A stretch of 64,000 bases of DNA from Candidatus Bathyarchaeota archaeon (lineage in GTDB: Archaea; Thermoproteota; Bathyarchaeia; TCS64), in contig JBDRQD010000055.1 of assembly GCA_043826455.1 (NCBI GenBank), forward strand, positions 177 to 64,176. Direction: 5' to 3'. Each line of letters opens with the position of its first letter. Position 1 is the stretch's first letter. The notes under the pieces are model-generated. The model ran no database searches, was not told the DNA's origin, and saw nothing but the letters and a program-made list of their open reading frames with translations. This document shows, piece by piece, positions 37,082 to 47,442 of this stretch. Made by a program: the position numbers and the translations under genes.

Positions 37082-39261
37082 GTGCACTAGAGACATTCCT
37101 GGAGTACCCTGGGCCGTTCCTCACGTGGATGCTCCCGATCATTGGCGCCATAATGATGCCCATCCTTGGGAAGATAAACCACAAGCTGAGAGACTACGGA
37201 GCAGTCCTGTTCGCGTTCTCTGCTGTGCTAGCCGCGGGAACCATGATACCTTACCTGTTCAATGGTCACCCGCCCGGGGACATCAAGCTCTTAACCTGGT
37301 TAACTCTGCCCAACGGCACCCCACTGGAGTTCGGAGTACTAGTTGACCCCCTCAGCATAATTATATGTAACGTTGTGGCTCCCATCAGCTTCCTCATCGT
37401 GGTCTACTCCACGTCGTACATGCACGGGGACCCCGGCCTTGACAGGTACTGGTTCCTGTTCCTGTACTTCATCGGGAACATGCTGCTGCTGGTCCTAGCC
37501 AACAACCTCATAATGACCCTGATAGGCTGGGAGGGCGTAGGTATATGCAGCTACGGCCTCATCGGCTACTACTACAGGGACCCGGAGAAAAGATGGTTGG
37601 GCGGTCCGCCCCCCACCAAGATGTTCCCCCCCAGCCACGCCGGCATGAAGGCCTTCGTGGTCACAGGCGTCGGGGACGTGCTGCTCCTGGCAGGTATCTT
37701 CATAGTGTACCAGTACGCTGGAACCTTCAACTACGTGGAGCTCATCCACCACTCCCAGGAGTGGCTAGCGCACATGGCCCACGTTCCTGGGCTCGTGGCG
37801 TTGATGGGTGTTCTTCTACTGGGGGGCCCCATAGGCAAGTCTGCCCAGTTCCCACTGCACGAGTGGCTTCCTGAGGCGATGGCGGGCCCCACAAGCGTAT
37901 CGGCTCTCATCCACGCCGCCACCATGGTCAAGGCGGGCGTGTACCTGGTAGCCAGGCTGAGCCCCATCTTCTACATAGGAACATGGACCCTTCACCTTCC
38001 CGAGGCGCAGGTGTACTTCATCGCCATAGCCATAGTGGGCGCCTTCACCTGCTTCCTGGCGGCCAGTCAAGCCCTAGTGGCGTTAGAGCTCAAGAAGATA
38101 CTGGCCTACTCGACTGTAAGCCAGATCGGTTACATGATGATGGGCATAGGGCTGGGCGGGTTCTCCGAGGAGGCCTACATTGTCGGGCTGACCGCTGGGG
38201 TGTACCACCTGGCCAGCCACGCGTTGTTCAAGGCTGCGCTGTTCCTGGGCGCAGGGTCAGTGATCCACGCGGTCGAGAGCATCTACACCTTCGACATGGG
38301 TGGGCTGAAGAAGCACATGCCCAAGACCTACTGGCTCATGGTGTTAGCCACCTTAAGCCTATCAGGTATCCCGGTGTTCAGCGGGTTCTGGAGCAAGGAC
38401 GCCGTATTCATCTCCGCCCTGGTGGCGGGGACACCCCTGGCCTACGCGTTGCTGGCGGTGGGCGTCCTCTGCGCGGCCATGACCTTCGCTTACAGCATCA
38501 GGTTCATTAGCAGGGTCTTCAGGCACGATGAGAGCAAGTTCATCAAGGACCTGGAGCACCACGGACACCACGTCCACGAGGCCCCCACAGTCATGTGGGC
38601 GCCCATAGCGATACTGGTGGCCCTGTTCTGCACAGTAGGTCTGCTGGGCTTCGCGGGCCTGTTCAACCAGGGGTTGAACCCCGAGATATTCATCGAGGAG
38701 CAGATGCACCACATGGCCGAGTATATCCTGCCTCACGAAGTAGCGGCACACCTCCACGTGCCCCATATCAGTAGCTCAATCAAGCTCGTGGGCGTGGGGC
38801 TGAGCGCGGTCGCACTAGCCATCGGCGGGTACCTGGGCTACAACTTCTACTGGACCCGCAAATGGGACTCCTGGGCCTGGGTGCAGGCAAGCCGAATGCG
38901 AACCATCACCCACAGCTTCCTCTGGAACAGGTGGTACATGAACCCGGTATACTACAGGGTCTTCGTGGACGGCACACTCGCCCTGAAACAGGTACTATAC
39001 GACAGCTTCGAGGCAAAGGTACTCATCCCTCTCAGCGACTTCGTGGCCAAGACATCTCAGACAGTCAGCGACGTCATGTACGCCGTCGTAGAGGAGAGAA
39101 CCATCTTCGGGATCATAAACACCGGGGTGCCCTCAACCGTTGTCAAGGTGTACAACCGGGTCAAGAAGACGCAGACAGGTCTACTAGGCATAAACATAAT
39201 CTACGTGATGGCCCTGCTCCTGTTGCTAATAATAGGAATGATGATCATGGGAGGTCTGTAA
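37078..39261 (+). CDS. NuoL/MnhA-like antiporter subunit with long C-terminal extension
   Basis: 727 aa. GKSAQFPLHEWLPEAMAGPTSVSALIHAATMV and KKILAYSTVSQIGYMMMG. There are ~200 extra C-terminal residues with additional TM helices, as in the NuoL lateral-helix region. Confidence 0.85.
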   Translation: MSALETFLEYPGPFLTWMLPIIGAIMMPILGKINHKLRDYGAVLFAFSAVLAAGTMIPYLFNGHPPGDIKLLTWLTLPNGTPLEFGVLVDPLSIIICNVVAPISFLIVVYSTSYMHGDPGLDRYWFLFLYFIGNMLLLVLANNLIMTLIGWEGVGICSYGLIGYYYRDPEKRWLGGPPPTKMFPPSHAGMKAFVVTGVGDVLLLAGIFIVYQYAGTFNYVELIHHSQEWLAHMAHVPGLVALMGVLLLGGPIGKSAQFPLHEWLPEAMAGPTSVSALIHAATMVKAGVYLVARLSPIFYIGTWTLHLPEAQVYFIAIAIVGAFTCFLAASQALVALELKKILAYSTVSQIGYMMMGIGLGGFSEEAYIVGLTAGVYHLASHALFKAALFLGAGSVIHAVESIYTFDMGGLKKHMPKTYWLMVLATLSLSGIPVFSGFWSKDAVFISALVAGTPLAYALLAVGVLCAAMTFAYSIRFISRVFRHDESKFIKDLEHHGHHVHEAPTVMWAPIAILVALFCTVGLLGFAGLFNQGLNPEIFIEEQMHHMAEYILPHEVAAHLHVPHISSSIKLVGVGLSAVALAIGGYLGYNFYWTRKWDSWAWVQASRMRTITHSFLWNRWYMNPVYYRVFVDGTLALKQVLYDSFEAKVLIPLSDFVAKTSQTVSDVMYAVVEERTIFGIINTGVPSTVVKVYNRVKKTQTGLLGINIIYVMALLLLLIIGMMIMGGL

Positions 39262-40740
39262 ATGTACGGTTCACTTTGGCTAGCCATACTGGCTCCTGTT
39301 CTCTTCATACCCATAGTCTATTTCTTAGGTAGAAGAATGGGGAAACTTGTAAGCTGGGTAGCTCTGGTTCCCCTCCTCTACAGCACACTATTTTTCCTAA
39401 GCCTCCTAGGAACGGTGGCCGAGAGTCCGGTCAGCGAGTACTTCTACTGGCTCCCCGGGATAAGGTTCGGGCTATACGCAGACGGGCTGAGTTTACCCAT
39501 CGTCCTAACCGTCGCGGTCCTGTCAGCCATCATAGTGATCTACTCACAGCCTTATATGGTGCACAGCATCCACGAGCAGTACCACCACGAGAACAACAAG
39601 GCCCACGCCACATACTACGCGCTCTACCTCGCCTACGTGACGAGCATGATGGGCGTGGTACTCAGCACCAACCTGTTCGAGTTCTACCTGTTCTTCGAGT
39701 TGATGATAATCCCCTCATGGGCCCTCATCAACGCCTACGGCTCAGGTGAACGCGAGAAGATAGGCCTCATGTACCTTCTCTGGTCCATCGTGGGCGCAGT
39801 GGCCTTCGTCACAGGGGCGCTCTCAGCCTACGCACAGACAGGCTCCTTCGAGTTGGTAGGCCTGGTAAAGCTGATAGGCTCCCCGTGGGCAGGGTTTATC
39901 GTCGTATCCATGTTACTGGGCCTATGTGTGAAGATGGCCCTATTCGGTCTACACATATGGCTGCCTTTCGCCCACGCGGAGGCACCAACCCCCATAAGCG
40001 CCCTGCTGAGCCCGGCCATGATCGGCCTGGCGGCTTACGCCATTGTGAGGATGCTTCTACCCATCACGGGGGTGATGGACACCTACTTCACGTTGACCCT
40101 GATCTGGGGCCTGGCGACAATGATCTACGGAGGGATGATGGTGATGGCGCAGACGGACATCAAGCGTCTGCTGGCCTACTCCAGCATGAGCCAGATGGGG
40201 TACCTGTTCGTGGGCATCGCCAGCGCCACAACCCTAGGCGTGGGAGGAGCCATGATGCACTACATCAGCCACGGCCTGGGAAAGGCGGCTCTTTTCCTTA
40301 GCGTCGGGGCCATAATGCACCAGACAGGCAATAGAGACATCCGTCAACTCGGCGGCCTCGCGGCGAAGATGCCCATCACAGCGATGGCCTTCATAATAGG
40401 GGCCATGAACATCTCCGGCATCCCGCCCACCATGGGCTTCGTGTCCAAGTTGATGATATTCATGGGCGCCTTCGGCCCAGGGGTCCACGAGATCTCCACG
40501 GAGCTCGTGTTAGCCCTCGTAGCCATCCTGTCCACCGCTTTAACGATAGGGTACACCATGTGGGCGATGCGTCGCATCTTCTACGGTCCTATCCCTGAGC
40601 ATCTTGAGGACGTGAAAGAGGCGCCCCCCCTGATGACCATACCCATGGTTCTGCTGTGCGTCCTATCAATACTGATTGGCATCTATCCGAGGCCAATCAT
40701 CGACCCAATAATGGAGGTAGTAGCGGCGCTACTCATGTGA
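39262..40740 (+). CDS. NuoM/MnhD-like antiporter subunit
   Basis: 492 aa. VKMALFGLHIWLPFAHAEAPTPISALLS and IKRLLAYSSMSQMGYLFVG. Confidence 0.85.
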   Translation: MYGSLWLAILAPVLFIPIVYFLGRRMGKLVSWVALVPLLYSTLFFLSLLGTVAESPVSEYFYWLPGIRFGLYADGLSLPIVLTVAVLSAIIVIYSQPYMVHSIHEQYHHENNKAHATYYALYLAYVTSMMGVVLSTNLFEFYLFFELMIIPSWALINAYGSGEREKIGLMYLLWSIVGAVAFVTGALSAYAQTGSFELVGLVKLIGSPWAGFIVVSMLLGLCVKMALFGLHIWLPFAHAEAPTPISALLSPAMIGLAAYAIVRMLLPITGVMDTYFTLTLIWGLATMIYGGMMVMAQTDIKRLLAYSSMSQMGYLFVGIASATTLGVGGAMMHYISHGLGKAALFLSVGAIMHQTGNRDIRQLGGLAAKMPITAMAFIIGAMNISGIPPTMGFVSKLMIFMGAFGPGVHEISTELVLALVAILSTALTIGYTMWAMRRIFYGPIPEHLEDVKEAPPLMTIPMVLLCVLSILIGIYPRPIIDPIMEVVAALLM

Positions 40741-40741
40741 G

Positions 40742-42244
40742 GTGAATGATGTGGTAAACAACATGCTGTTCCTTATGATCCTGGTGGCGTTCCTGCCGGC
40801 ACCCCTCGTCTACTTGATAGGAAAAAGTGTGGGTAAAAAGGTGGGCTGGGTGGTCTTCGCCGTCCTCCTAGGGATCACCATCGTCCTCGGGGGGCTCATC
40901 TCCGTGGTCGAGCACGAGGTACTGTTCGAGGAGTACAGCTGGGTGGCCTCACCCGTTAAACTAACCTTTGGGTTGTTAGCTGACGGGCTCAGCGTGCCCA
41001 TGCTGTTCACGTACCTGTTCGTGTTCGCTGGGGCGACTCTATTCAGTGTGCCCTACATGGAGAGACGGCTCAAGCTCGGCGACATCGAGGAGAGCAACAC
41101 GCAGTACGCAAGGTTCTACACCTTCTTCCTGCTGTACGCGGCCAGCGTCGCTGGGTCCATGCTCGCCACCAACCTGATAGAGTTCTTCCTCTTCTTCGAG
41201 ATGGCTCTCGTCTTCTCGTGGCTGCTGGTGTTCCTCTACGGCTACGGGGACCGGAAGCGCACCTCCATGCTATACTTCATATGGACCCACATCGGAGGCG
41301 GCGCCCTCCTGGTGGGCATCCTCGGCGCATACTGGACGGTGGGCAGCTTCGAGATCGCTGACCTGGCGCACATCGCCTCGCACCCCAATGTCCTGTGGAT
41401 TGGGATCGCCATCACCCTCGGCCTCTTCGTCAAGATAGGTGCTCTCGGCTTCCACGGCTGGATGCCGGACACATACTCCGAGTCGCCAGCCCCCGTCAGC
41501 GCGGTTCTAGGAGCCACCTCGGTGATGCTGAGCACCTACGCCATGGCCAGGCTTCTCCCACCCTTCCAGGAGGTACTTCAGGGAATCAGCGGATGGTTCA
41601 TGCTCTGGGCCCTAGCCACGATCCTCTACGCCGGCATCATGGCGCTGGCTCAGAGGGACACAAAGCGCCTGGTGGCCTACCTGAGCATGAGCCAGATGAA
41701 CTACTGTGTTCTAGGAGTCTTCACATTCGTACCATACGGCGTCCTCGGCGCGGTATCCTACAGCATCAGCCACGGCTTAGCCATCGGGCTGCTGTTCCTC
41801 GTCTCAGGCGCCCTGCTATACGTGACTGGGACACGGGACATGACCAAGATGGGCGGGCTGTCAGAGAAGCTTCCCATCACTCTCTTGGCTACCCTAGCGG
41901 GTTTCCTAACCATAGGTGGAGTGCCCCCCGCGGTGGGCTTCAAGTCCAAGTTCATCCTCCTGAGCGGGGCCTTCGTAAGGGGCTTCGCGACGGGGTGGAT
42001 GGAGTTGCTTGTAGCCATCCTGGCGGGAAGCCTGGCCACATTGATCACCCTGGGATACGAGTTCCGGACAATATGGCGGGTATACTACGGCAAACTGCCT
42101 GATGCCATCAAGGAGGTGGCGCGTGTGCCTGACGTGATGGTCGTCGCGTTTGTGGCGCTCAGCGCGCTTTCAATAGTGTTCGGTATATGGCCTGCGCTGT
42201 TCACGAACGCCCTGGACGTGTTCATAGAGCATATATTCCACTAA
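40742..42244 (+). CDS. NuoN/NuoM-like antiporter subunit
   Basis: 500 aa. VKIGALGFHGWMPDTYSESPAPVSAVLG and TKRLVAYLSMSQMNYCVLG. The start is GTG 40742 or ATG 40763. Confidence 0.85.
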   Translation: MNDVVNNMLFLMILVAFLPAPLVYLIGKSVGKKVGWVVFAVLLGITIVLGGLISVVEHEVLFEEYSWVASPVKLTFGLLADGLSVPMLFTYLFVFAGATLFSVPYMERRLKLGDIEESNTQYARFYTFFLLYAASVAGSMLATNLIEFFLFFEMALVFSWLLVFLYGYGDRKRTSMLYFIWTHIGGGALLVGILGAYWTVGSFEIADLAHIASHPNVLWIGIAITLGLFVKIGALGFHGWMPDTYSESPAPVSAVLGATSVMLSTYAMARLLPPFQEVLQGISGWFMLWALATILYAGIMALAQRDTKRLVAYLSMSQMNYCVLGVFTFVPYGVLGAVSYSISHGLAIGLLFLVSGALLYVTGTRDMTKMGGLSEKLPITLLATLAGFLTIGGVPPAVGFKSKFILLSGAFVRGFATGWMELLVAILAGSLATLITLGYEFRTIWRVYYGKLPDAIKEVARVPDVMVVAFVALSALSIVFGIWPALFTNALDVFIEHIFH

Positions 42245-42260
42245 AAACACCTTTTTTTCA
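42245..42260 (+). terminator. Oligo-T tract after the last antiporter-like gene
   Basis: A T7 run at 42252..42258 lies 8 nt after the TAA stop. Archaeal RNA polymerase terminates at oligo-T tracts. Confidence 0.4.
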
Positions 42261-42380
42261 ACATTTTATATTACATCACACTGCAAGTACTTTTACACAC
42301 GAGCCGCCCAGGGAAGCCTCTTTCACGGTTTTTCGGGTGTGCATAAGTTTTTTTAGGCGAGAAAACGTTGCTGATAGGAA

Positions 42381-42698
42381 ATGAGCATAGCTGTCATTGG
42401 CCCCTCCTCTTTCGTCACATGCTTCGAACTCATCGGCGCCGCAGGCTACGAGGAGCACGAGGAGGGGACAGTGGTCGCGACCCTAACCCGCCTGGTCAAC
42501 GAGGGTGACTTCAAGCTCATCGTCATACCTGAACGATACGCTGGAGCCACCCGGCCCATAAGGGAGGAGGTCATGAAGAGGGGCAGGATCACCCCCATCT
42601 TCGCCCTCATCCCCGACCTGACCATGGAGACAGGTATGAGGATGGAGGAGCTCCAGGCGGTGGTCTCGCTCGCAATAGGGACAAGGTTGGAGTTATAG
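42381..42698 (+). CDS. atpF: A-type (V-type) ATP synthase subunit F
   Basis: 105 aa. MSIAVIGPSSFVTCFELIGA..LIVIPERYA is typical of subunit F. Confidence 0.8.
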   Translation: MSIAVIGPSSFVTCFELIGAAGYEEHEEGTVVATLTRLVNEGDFKLIVIPERYAGATRPIREEVMKRGRITPIFALIPDLTMETGMRMEELQAVVSLAIGTRLEL

Positions 42699-42702
42699 AA
42701 CA

Positions 42703-43035
42703 ATGGAAATGAAGAGCATCCTTTCATTGGGCGGAAGACTGAAGAGGCTCCTAGCCAAGGCCGAGGAGGAGGCCCAGGGGATGGTGTCCGAGGCCCAGGC
42801 CAAGGCGGACGAGATCGTCAACAACGCCAAGAAGGAGTCCGAGCAACGTTTAACAAAGGCTCAGTACCGCACAGATCTCGACGAGTTCCTGGTGGACGCC
42901 GAGAGGGAGGCCAAGGAGAAGGCCAAGCAAGTCGAGAAGGACTACGCCAAAAGAGCCGATGACATCAGAGTCGTCCCCGGCGACAAGGTCAAGGAGGCCG
43001 CGGGGATGGTGGTTAAGGAGGTGCTGCCGAAATGA
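42703..43035 (+). CDS. atpH: A-type ATP synthase peripheral-stalk subunit H (V-type G-like)
   Basis: 110 aa, a single long charged helix (LLAKAEEEAQGMVSEAQAKADEIVNNAKKESEQ). Assigned partly from its position in the atp operon. Confidence 0.65.
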   Translation: MEMKSILSLGGRLKRLLAKAEEEAQGMVSEAQAKADEIVNNAKKESEQRLTKAQYRTDLDEFLVDAEREAKEKAKQVEKDYAKRADDIRVVPGDKVKEAAGMVVKEVLPK

Positions 43036-43655
43036 GCCAGGACTTGGACACCAAGCTGATAGAGAAGATCGTGGAGCAGCGTAACCAGTTCCTGGTAGAG
43101 GCCAAGGAGAGGGCCCAGAGAATACTGGAGAAGGCCGAGGAGGATCGCGAGAGGATCATTGAGCAGACCGCTAAAAGCATCGAAAGTATAGTGGGATCAG
43201 AGCTCAGGGCCGTTCATGACAGGATCGTGGGCAGGGCCCAGTTGGAGGGCAGGAGGAAGCTCCTTGAGGCCAGGATTGAGGTCTTGGAGACTGTCAAGTC
43301 CGAGGCCATGGTGGAGCTCAGATCCCTGGCGGAGGGCAAACACCCCGAGTATGACTACTCGGAGATACTGGTCAAGCTCATAGTGGAGGCAGACGAGGCC
43401 ATAGTGGAAGACGAGTACGTCGTCTCCGCCAACAAGAGGGACCTGGCGTACCTGAAGAAGAACCTGAGCCAGGTGAGCAAGGCCCTCGGTGGCAAGAAGG
43501 TGGTGCTCAGCGAGACCCCCCGGGATATCCTTGGAGGGGTGATCGTGATGAACTCTGACGGCACCAAGACACTGGAGAACACCCTTGAGAGGAGGCTGGA
43601 AGCCGCCAACAGCAGGCTCCAGACAGAGATCGCCGTGAAGCTGGGGGTGATCTAG
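43032..43655 (+). CDS. atpE: A-type ATP synthase subunit E
   Basis: 207 aa with an N-terminal coiled coil and a C-terminal globular domain (GGVIVMNSDGTKTLENTLERRLE). Confidence 0.8.
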   Translation: MSQDLDTKLIEKIVEQRNQFLVEAKERAQRILEKAEEDRERIIEQTAKSIESIVGSELRAVHDRIVGRAQLEGRRKLLEARIEVLETVKSEAMVELRSLAEGKHPEYDYSEILVKLIVEADEAIVEDEYVVSANKRDLAYLKKNLSQVSKALGGKKVVLSETPRDILGGVIVMNSDGTKTLENTLERRLEAANSRLQTEIAVKLGVI

Positions 43656-45428
43656 ATGGCGCAGCGAATTGAAGGAACGATAGAGAGGATCAACGGTTCA
43701 CTGGTGGTGGCCAAGTTCACCGAGGAGCCCAAGATGGGCGACCTCGTAGAGGTGGGGAGCCTCAAGCTCATGGGGGAGATCGTCAGGCTCAGAGAGGAGA
43801 CCGCCTACATCCAGTGCTACGAGTCCACCTCCGGTCTGAAGCCCGGGGAGCCCGTCATAGACATCGGCACACCCCTGGTCGCCGAGCTGGGCCCCGGACT
43901 CATGGGTCAGATCGTGGACGGTGTGGAGCGCTCAGAGATAGAGCTCTGGAACATGACAGGCCCCTTCATCACCAGGGGCGCCAACATCGCCCCCCTCAAC
44001 AGGGAGAAGAAGTGGGAGCTCAAGCCCACCGTGAAGCCGGGGGCCGAGGTGACAGGCGGCGACGTCATAGGCACGGTTCAGGAGACCGAGACCTTCGTCC
44101 ACAGGATACTCGTGCCCCCGCAGCTCACCGGGACCATCAAGTCCCTCAAGGCGGGCACCTACACAGTCACCGACGCAATAGGCGTCCTCGAGACCGAGGC
44201 GGGCGAGGAGGTCCCCCTCAAGATGATGCAGACGTGGCCCGTCAGGCGGAGTAGGCCCATCAAGGAGAGGATGGCGCTGAACGCGCCCCTAATCACGGGG
44301 CAGAGGGTCATCGACACCTTCTTCCCGTGCGCCAAGGGGGGCGCCTCAGCTGTCCCCGGGGGCTTCGGCACCGGCAAGACGGTCACACTTCAACAGATCG
44401 CCAAGTGGAGCGACGCCGACATCATCGTCTATATCGGGTGCGGCGAACGCGGCAACGAGATGGCCGACGTAGTTGAGCAGTTCCCTGAGATCAAGGACCC
44501 GCGGAGCGGCAGGAACCTCATCGAGAGGACCATCATCGTGGCCAACGTATCCAACATGGCGGTCTCCGCCCGTGAGGCCAGCATCTACATGGGCCTCACC
44601 ATAGGCGAGTACTTCAGGGACATGGGCTACGACGTGGCCATCATGGCCGACTCCACCAGCAGGTGGGCCGAGGCCCTCCGTGACATCTCGGGACGCCTGG
44701 AGGAGATCCCCGCCGAGGCCGGGTTCCCAGCGTACCTGGCCGACAGGATCGCCGAGATCTACGAGCGGGCGGGCAGGGTCCAGCTCATAGGCACTGAGGA
44801 CAAGTACGGCAGCCTCACCCTTTTGGGGGCCGTGTCGCCGCCCGGCGGAGACTACTCGGAGCCTGTTACTACCACGACTCTCAGGTTCATCGGCACATTC
44901 TGGGCCTTGGACAGCCAGCTAGCCTACAGGCGCCACTTCCCGGCCATCAACTGGCTGAGAAGCTTCACCAGGTACCTGACGGTTGCGGCCAGGTGGTGGA
45001 GCCAGTACGAGTCCAGGTGGGAGGACACGAGGAGCCTGGCGCTGAGAGTGCTTGAGGAGGCCGCGGAGATCGAGGAAACGGCGCGCATCATAGGCGAGAA
45101 GGCGCTGCCCGACGACCAGAGGCTTGTGCTGCTGGTGGCCGAGATGCTCCGGGAGGGCTTCCTGGTCCAGAGCGCGTACCACGACGTGGACACGTTCTGC
45201 GCTCCCGAGAAGCAGGTGAAGCTACTATCCCTCTTCACGGACTTTTACACCATGTCCCGGCCCCTAGTCGAGCAGGGCATACCCATCGACAAGGTCCGTG
45301 AGCTGGACGTCATCAGGGAGATAATGAGGCTCAAGGAGCGGGAGGGCACCAAGCCCATCGACCAGGCCAGAGGCATGATGATGGACGAGATTAGGGATCT
45401 GAAGGCCCAGTACGAGGTGAACAAGTAG
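43656..45428 (+). CDS. atpA: A-type ATP synthase catalytic subunit A
   Basis: P-loop [10 protein letters not shown], plus [10 protein letters not shown] and [13 protein letters not shown]. 590 aa with no intein-sized insertion. Confidence 0.95.
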   Translation: MAQRIEGTIERINGSLVVAKFTEEPKMGDLVEVGSLKLMGEIVRLREETAYIQCYESTSGLKPGEPVIDIGTPLVAELGPGLMGQIVDGVERSEIELWNMTGPFITRGANIAPLNREKKWELKPTVKPGAEVTGGDVIGTVQETETFVHRILVPPQLTGTIKSLKAGTYTVTDAIGVLETEAGEEVPLKMMQTWPVRRSRPIKERMALNAPLITGQRVIDTFFPCAKGGASAVPGGFGTGKTVTLQQIAKWSDADIIVYIGCGERGNEMADVVEQFPEIKDPRSGRNLIERTIIVANVSNMAVSAREASIYMGLTIGEYFRDMGYDVAIMADSTSRWAEALRDISGRLEEIPAEAGFPAYLADRIAEIYERAGRVQLIGTEDKYGSLTLLGAVSPPGGDYSEPVTTTTLRFIGTFWALDSQLAYRRHFPAINWLRSFTRYLTVAARWWSQYESRWEDTRSLALRVLEEAAEIEETARIIGEKALPDDQRLVLLVAEMLREGFLVQSAYHDVDTFCAPEKQVKLLSLFTDFYTMSRPLVEQGIPIDKVRELDVIREIMRLKEREGTKPIDQARGMMMDEIRDLKAQYEVNK

Positions 45429-46822
45429 TGAGTATGCTAGCGCGTGTAGTGTATAAGACCACGACGGAGATCAAGGGCCCCATCCTCATGGTGGAGCGGA
45501 TCAGGGATGTGGCCTTCGACGAGATCGTCCTCATCGAGCGGCCCAGCGGCGAGATGGTGCAGGGCAGCGTCCTGGACGTGAGCAGGGACTGGGCCATGGT
45601 CCAGTGCTTCGGGGAGACCTCGGGCCTGGACATCAGCACAAAGATCAGCTTCACGGGGGACGTCCTCAGGATACCCGTCTCGGAGGACCTAATCGGTAGG
45701 GTCTTCAGCGGAAGCTTCCAGCCCCTGGACAAGATGCCCCAGATAATAGGCAAGGAACGGCGGGACGTCAACGGCGGCGTCATCAACCCCGCCGCCAGGG
45801 AGGTGCCCAGGGAGTTCATCCAGACAGGAATCAGCAACATCGACGGCATGAACAGCCTGGTCCGCGGACAGAAGCTCCCCATCTTCAGCGAGTCCGGCAT
45901 GCCCCACAATCAGCTCGCAGCCCAGATAGCTAGGCAGGCCACCATCCCGGGGGCCGAGAGCGAGTTCGCCATAGTCTTCGGCGCCATGGGCATCAAGAAC
46001 GAGGAGGCAGCCTACTTCAGGGAGGAGTTCGAGAAGACCGGGGCCCTCAACAAGAGCGTCATGATCCTCAACCTGGCCGACGACCCCCCCATCGAGAGGA
46101 TCGTCACGCCCCGCATCGCCCAGACCATCGCCGAGTACCTGGCCTTCGACCTGGGCCTGCATGTGCTGGTCATCCTCACGGACATGACCAACTACGCGGA
46201 GGCGCTTAGGGCCATCAGCATCGCCCGCGAGGAGATTCCCACAAGGAAGGGGTACCCCGGGTACCTATACAGCGACCTGGCCACCATATACGAGCGGGCG
46301 GGCCGCATCAAGGGGAGGCCCGGCAGCGTCACCCTGATGCCCATCCTGTCGATGCCGGCCGGCGACATCACCCACCCCATCCCGGACCTCACAGGATACA
46401 TCACCGAGGGCCAGCTACTCATCCAGCGTGAGCTCAGCCTCAGAGGCATCTATCCGCCCATGAACGTCCTACCCAGCCTCAGCAGGCTCATGAAGGACGG
46501 CATCGGAAGGGAGACCACCCGCGAGGACCACCAGGACGTAAGCAACCAGCTGTACATGGCCTACGCTGAGGGGACGAGAGCTCGCGGCCTGGTCCGTATC
46601 GTCGGAACCGTGGGCCTCTCGGAGCGTGAGCGCCAGTGGCTCAGCTTCGCGGACAGGTTCGAGAGAGAGTTCGTCCACCAGGGCATCTACGAGAACAGGA
46701 CCATAGTGCAGACCCTGGACCTGGCCTGGGACCTGCTGGCGGACCTCCCGGAGGAGGACCTCATCAGGGTGCGTGAGTCCTACATCAAGAAGTACCACCC
46801 CAAGCATAAGAGTGAAGCGTAA
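45428..46822 (+). CDS. atpB: A-type ATP synthase subunit B
   Basis: 464 aa. [13 protein letters not shown] and [18 protein letters not shown]. The start is GTG 45428 or ATG 45434. Confidence 0.95.
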   Translation: MSMLARVVYKTTTEIKGPILMVERIRDVAFDEIVLIERPSGEMVQGSVLDVSRDWAMVQCFGETSGLDISTKISFTGDVLRIPVSEDLIGRVFSGSFQPLDKMPQIIGKERRDVNGGVINPAAREVPREFIQTGISNIDGMNSLVRGQKLPIFSESGMPHNQLAAQIARQATIPGAESEFAIVFGAMGIKNEEAAYFREEFEKTGALNKSVMILNLADDPPIERIVTPRIAQTIAEYLAFDLGLHVLVILTDMTNYAEALRAISIAREEIPTRKGYPGYLYSDLATIYERAGRIKGRPGSVTLMPILSMPAGDITHPIPDLTGYITEGQLLIQRELSLRGIYPPMNVLPSLSRLMKDGIGRETTREDHQDVSNQLYMAYAEGTRARGLVRIVGTVGLSERERQWLSFADRFEREFVHQGIYENRTIVQTLDLAWDLLADLPEEDLIRVRESYIKKYHPKHKSEA

Positions 46823-46824
46823 GC

Positions 46825-47442
46825 ATGTCCGCTGCATCCGGCGTCAGGCCCACAAAGGGCTACCTCATGGAGACCAAGACTCGCATCCAGGTCGTGGAGC
46901 GCGGGACCGAGTTCCTGAAGCTCAAACGCGACCAGCTGGCCAAGCAGCTCACAGAATCCTTGGATGTGCTCCGGGGCCGACGCATCCTCCTGCTGAAGAA
47001 CCTGCAGGAGGCCTACAGCGCCTTGACGGCGGCGTACCTGAGCCTGGGGCCCACGGAGGTGAAGAGCCAGGTGCGGGCCATCAGGAAGCCCCTCACATTG
47101 GAGGTGCTGCCCCGCAGCGTCATGGGTGTGGTCTACCCGTCTGTACGCGTCAAGGATAAACCCGAGATAGCGGCCGAGCTGGACATAACCCTCGCCCACG
47201 CAGCAGAGCAGGTGTACGAGATCATCGAGGAGCTCATCCACCTGGCCGAGTTCGAGGAGCGGGTGGAGCGCATCGCCCAGGAGCTGGGCACAACGAACCG
47301 CAAGGTGAACGCCCTGGAGAACTTTGTAATACCGGACATGAAGGCCATCATCAAGTTCATAGAGGACAAGCTGGACGAGGAGAGCATGGAGGAGCTTGTA
47401 CGGACAAAGCTCATAGGAGGTGCTAAGACATCGAGAAGATGA
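46825..47442 (+). CDS. atpD: A-type ATP synthase central-stalk subunit D
   Basis: 205 aa. VRPTKGYLMETKTRIQVVERGTEFLKLKRDQL and RKVNALENFVIPDM. Confidence 0.85.
   Translation: MSAASGVRPTKGYLMETKTRIQVVERGTEFLKLKRDQLAKQLTESLDVLRGRRILLLKNLQEAYSALTAAYLSLGPTEVKSQVRAIRKPLTLEVLPRSVMGVVYPSVRVKDKPEIAAELDITLAHAAEQVYEIIEELIHLAEFEERVERIAQELGTTNRKVNALENFVIPDMKAIIKFIEDKLDEESMEELVRTKLIGGAKTSRR

Noticed and set aside
30694-42244. Annotation as an ordinary NADH:quinone oxidoreductase (complex I) or Fpo
   Set aside because: The D-like subunit retains both Ni-Fe CxxC ligand pairs and a cleavable tail, and a HycI-like protease gene is adjacent. No NuoEFG or FpoF genes are present.
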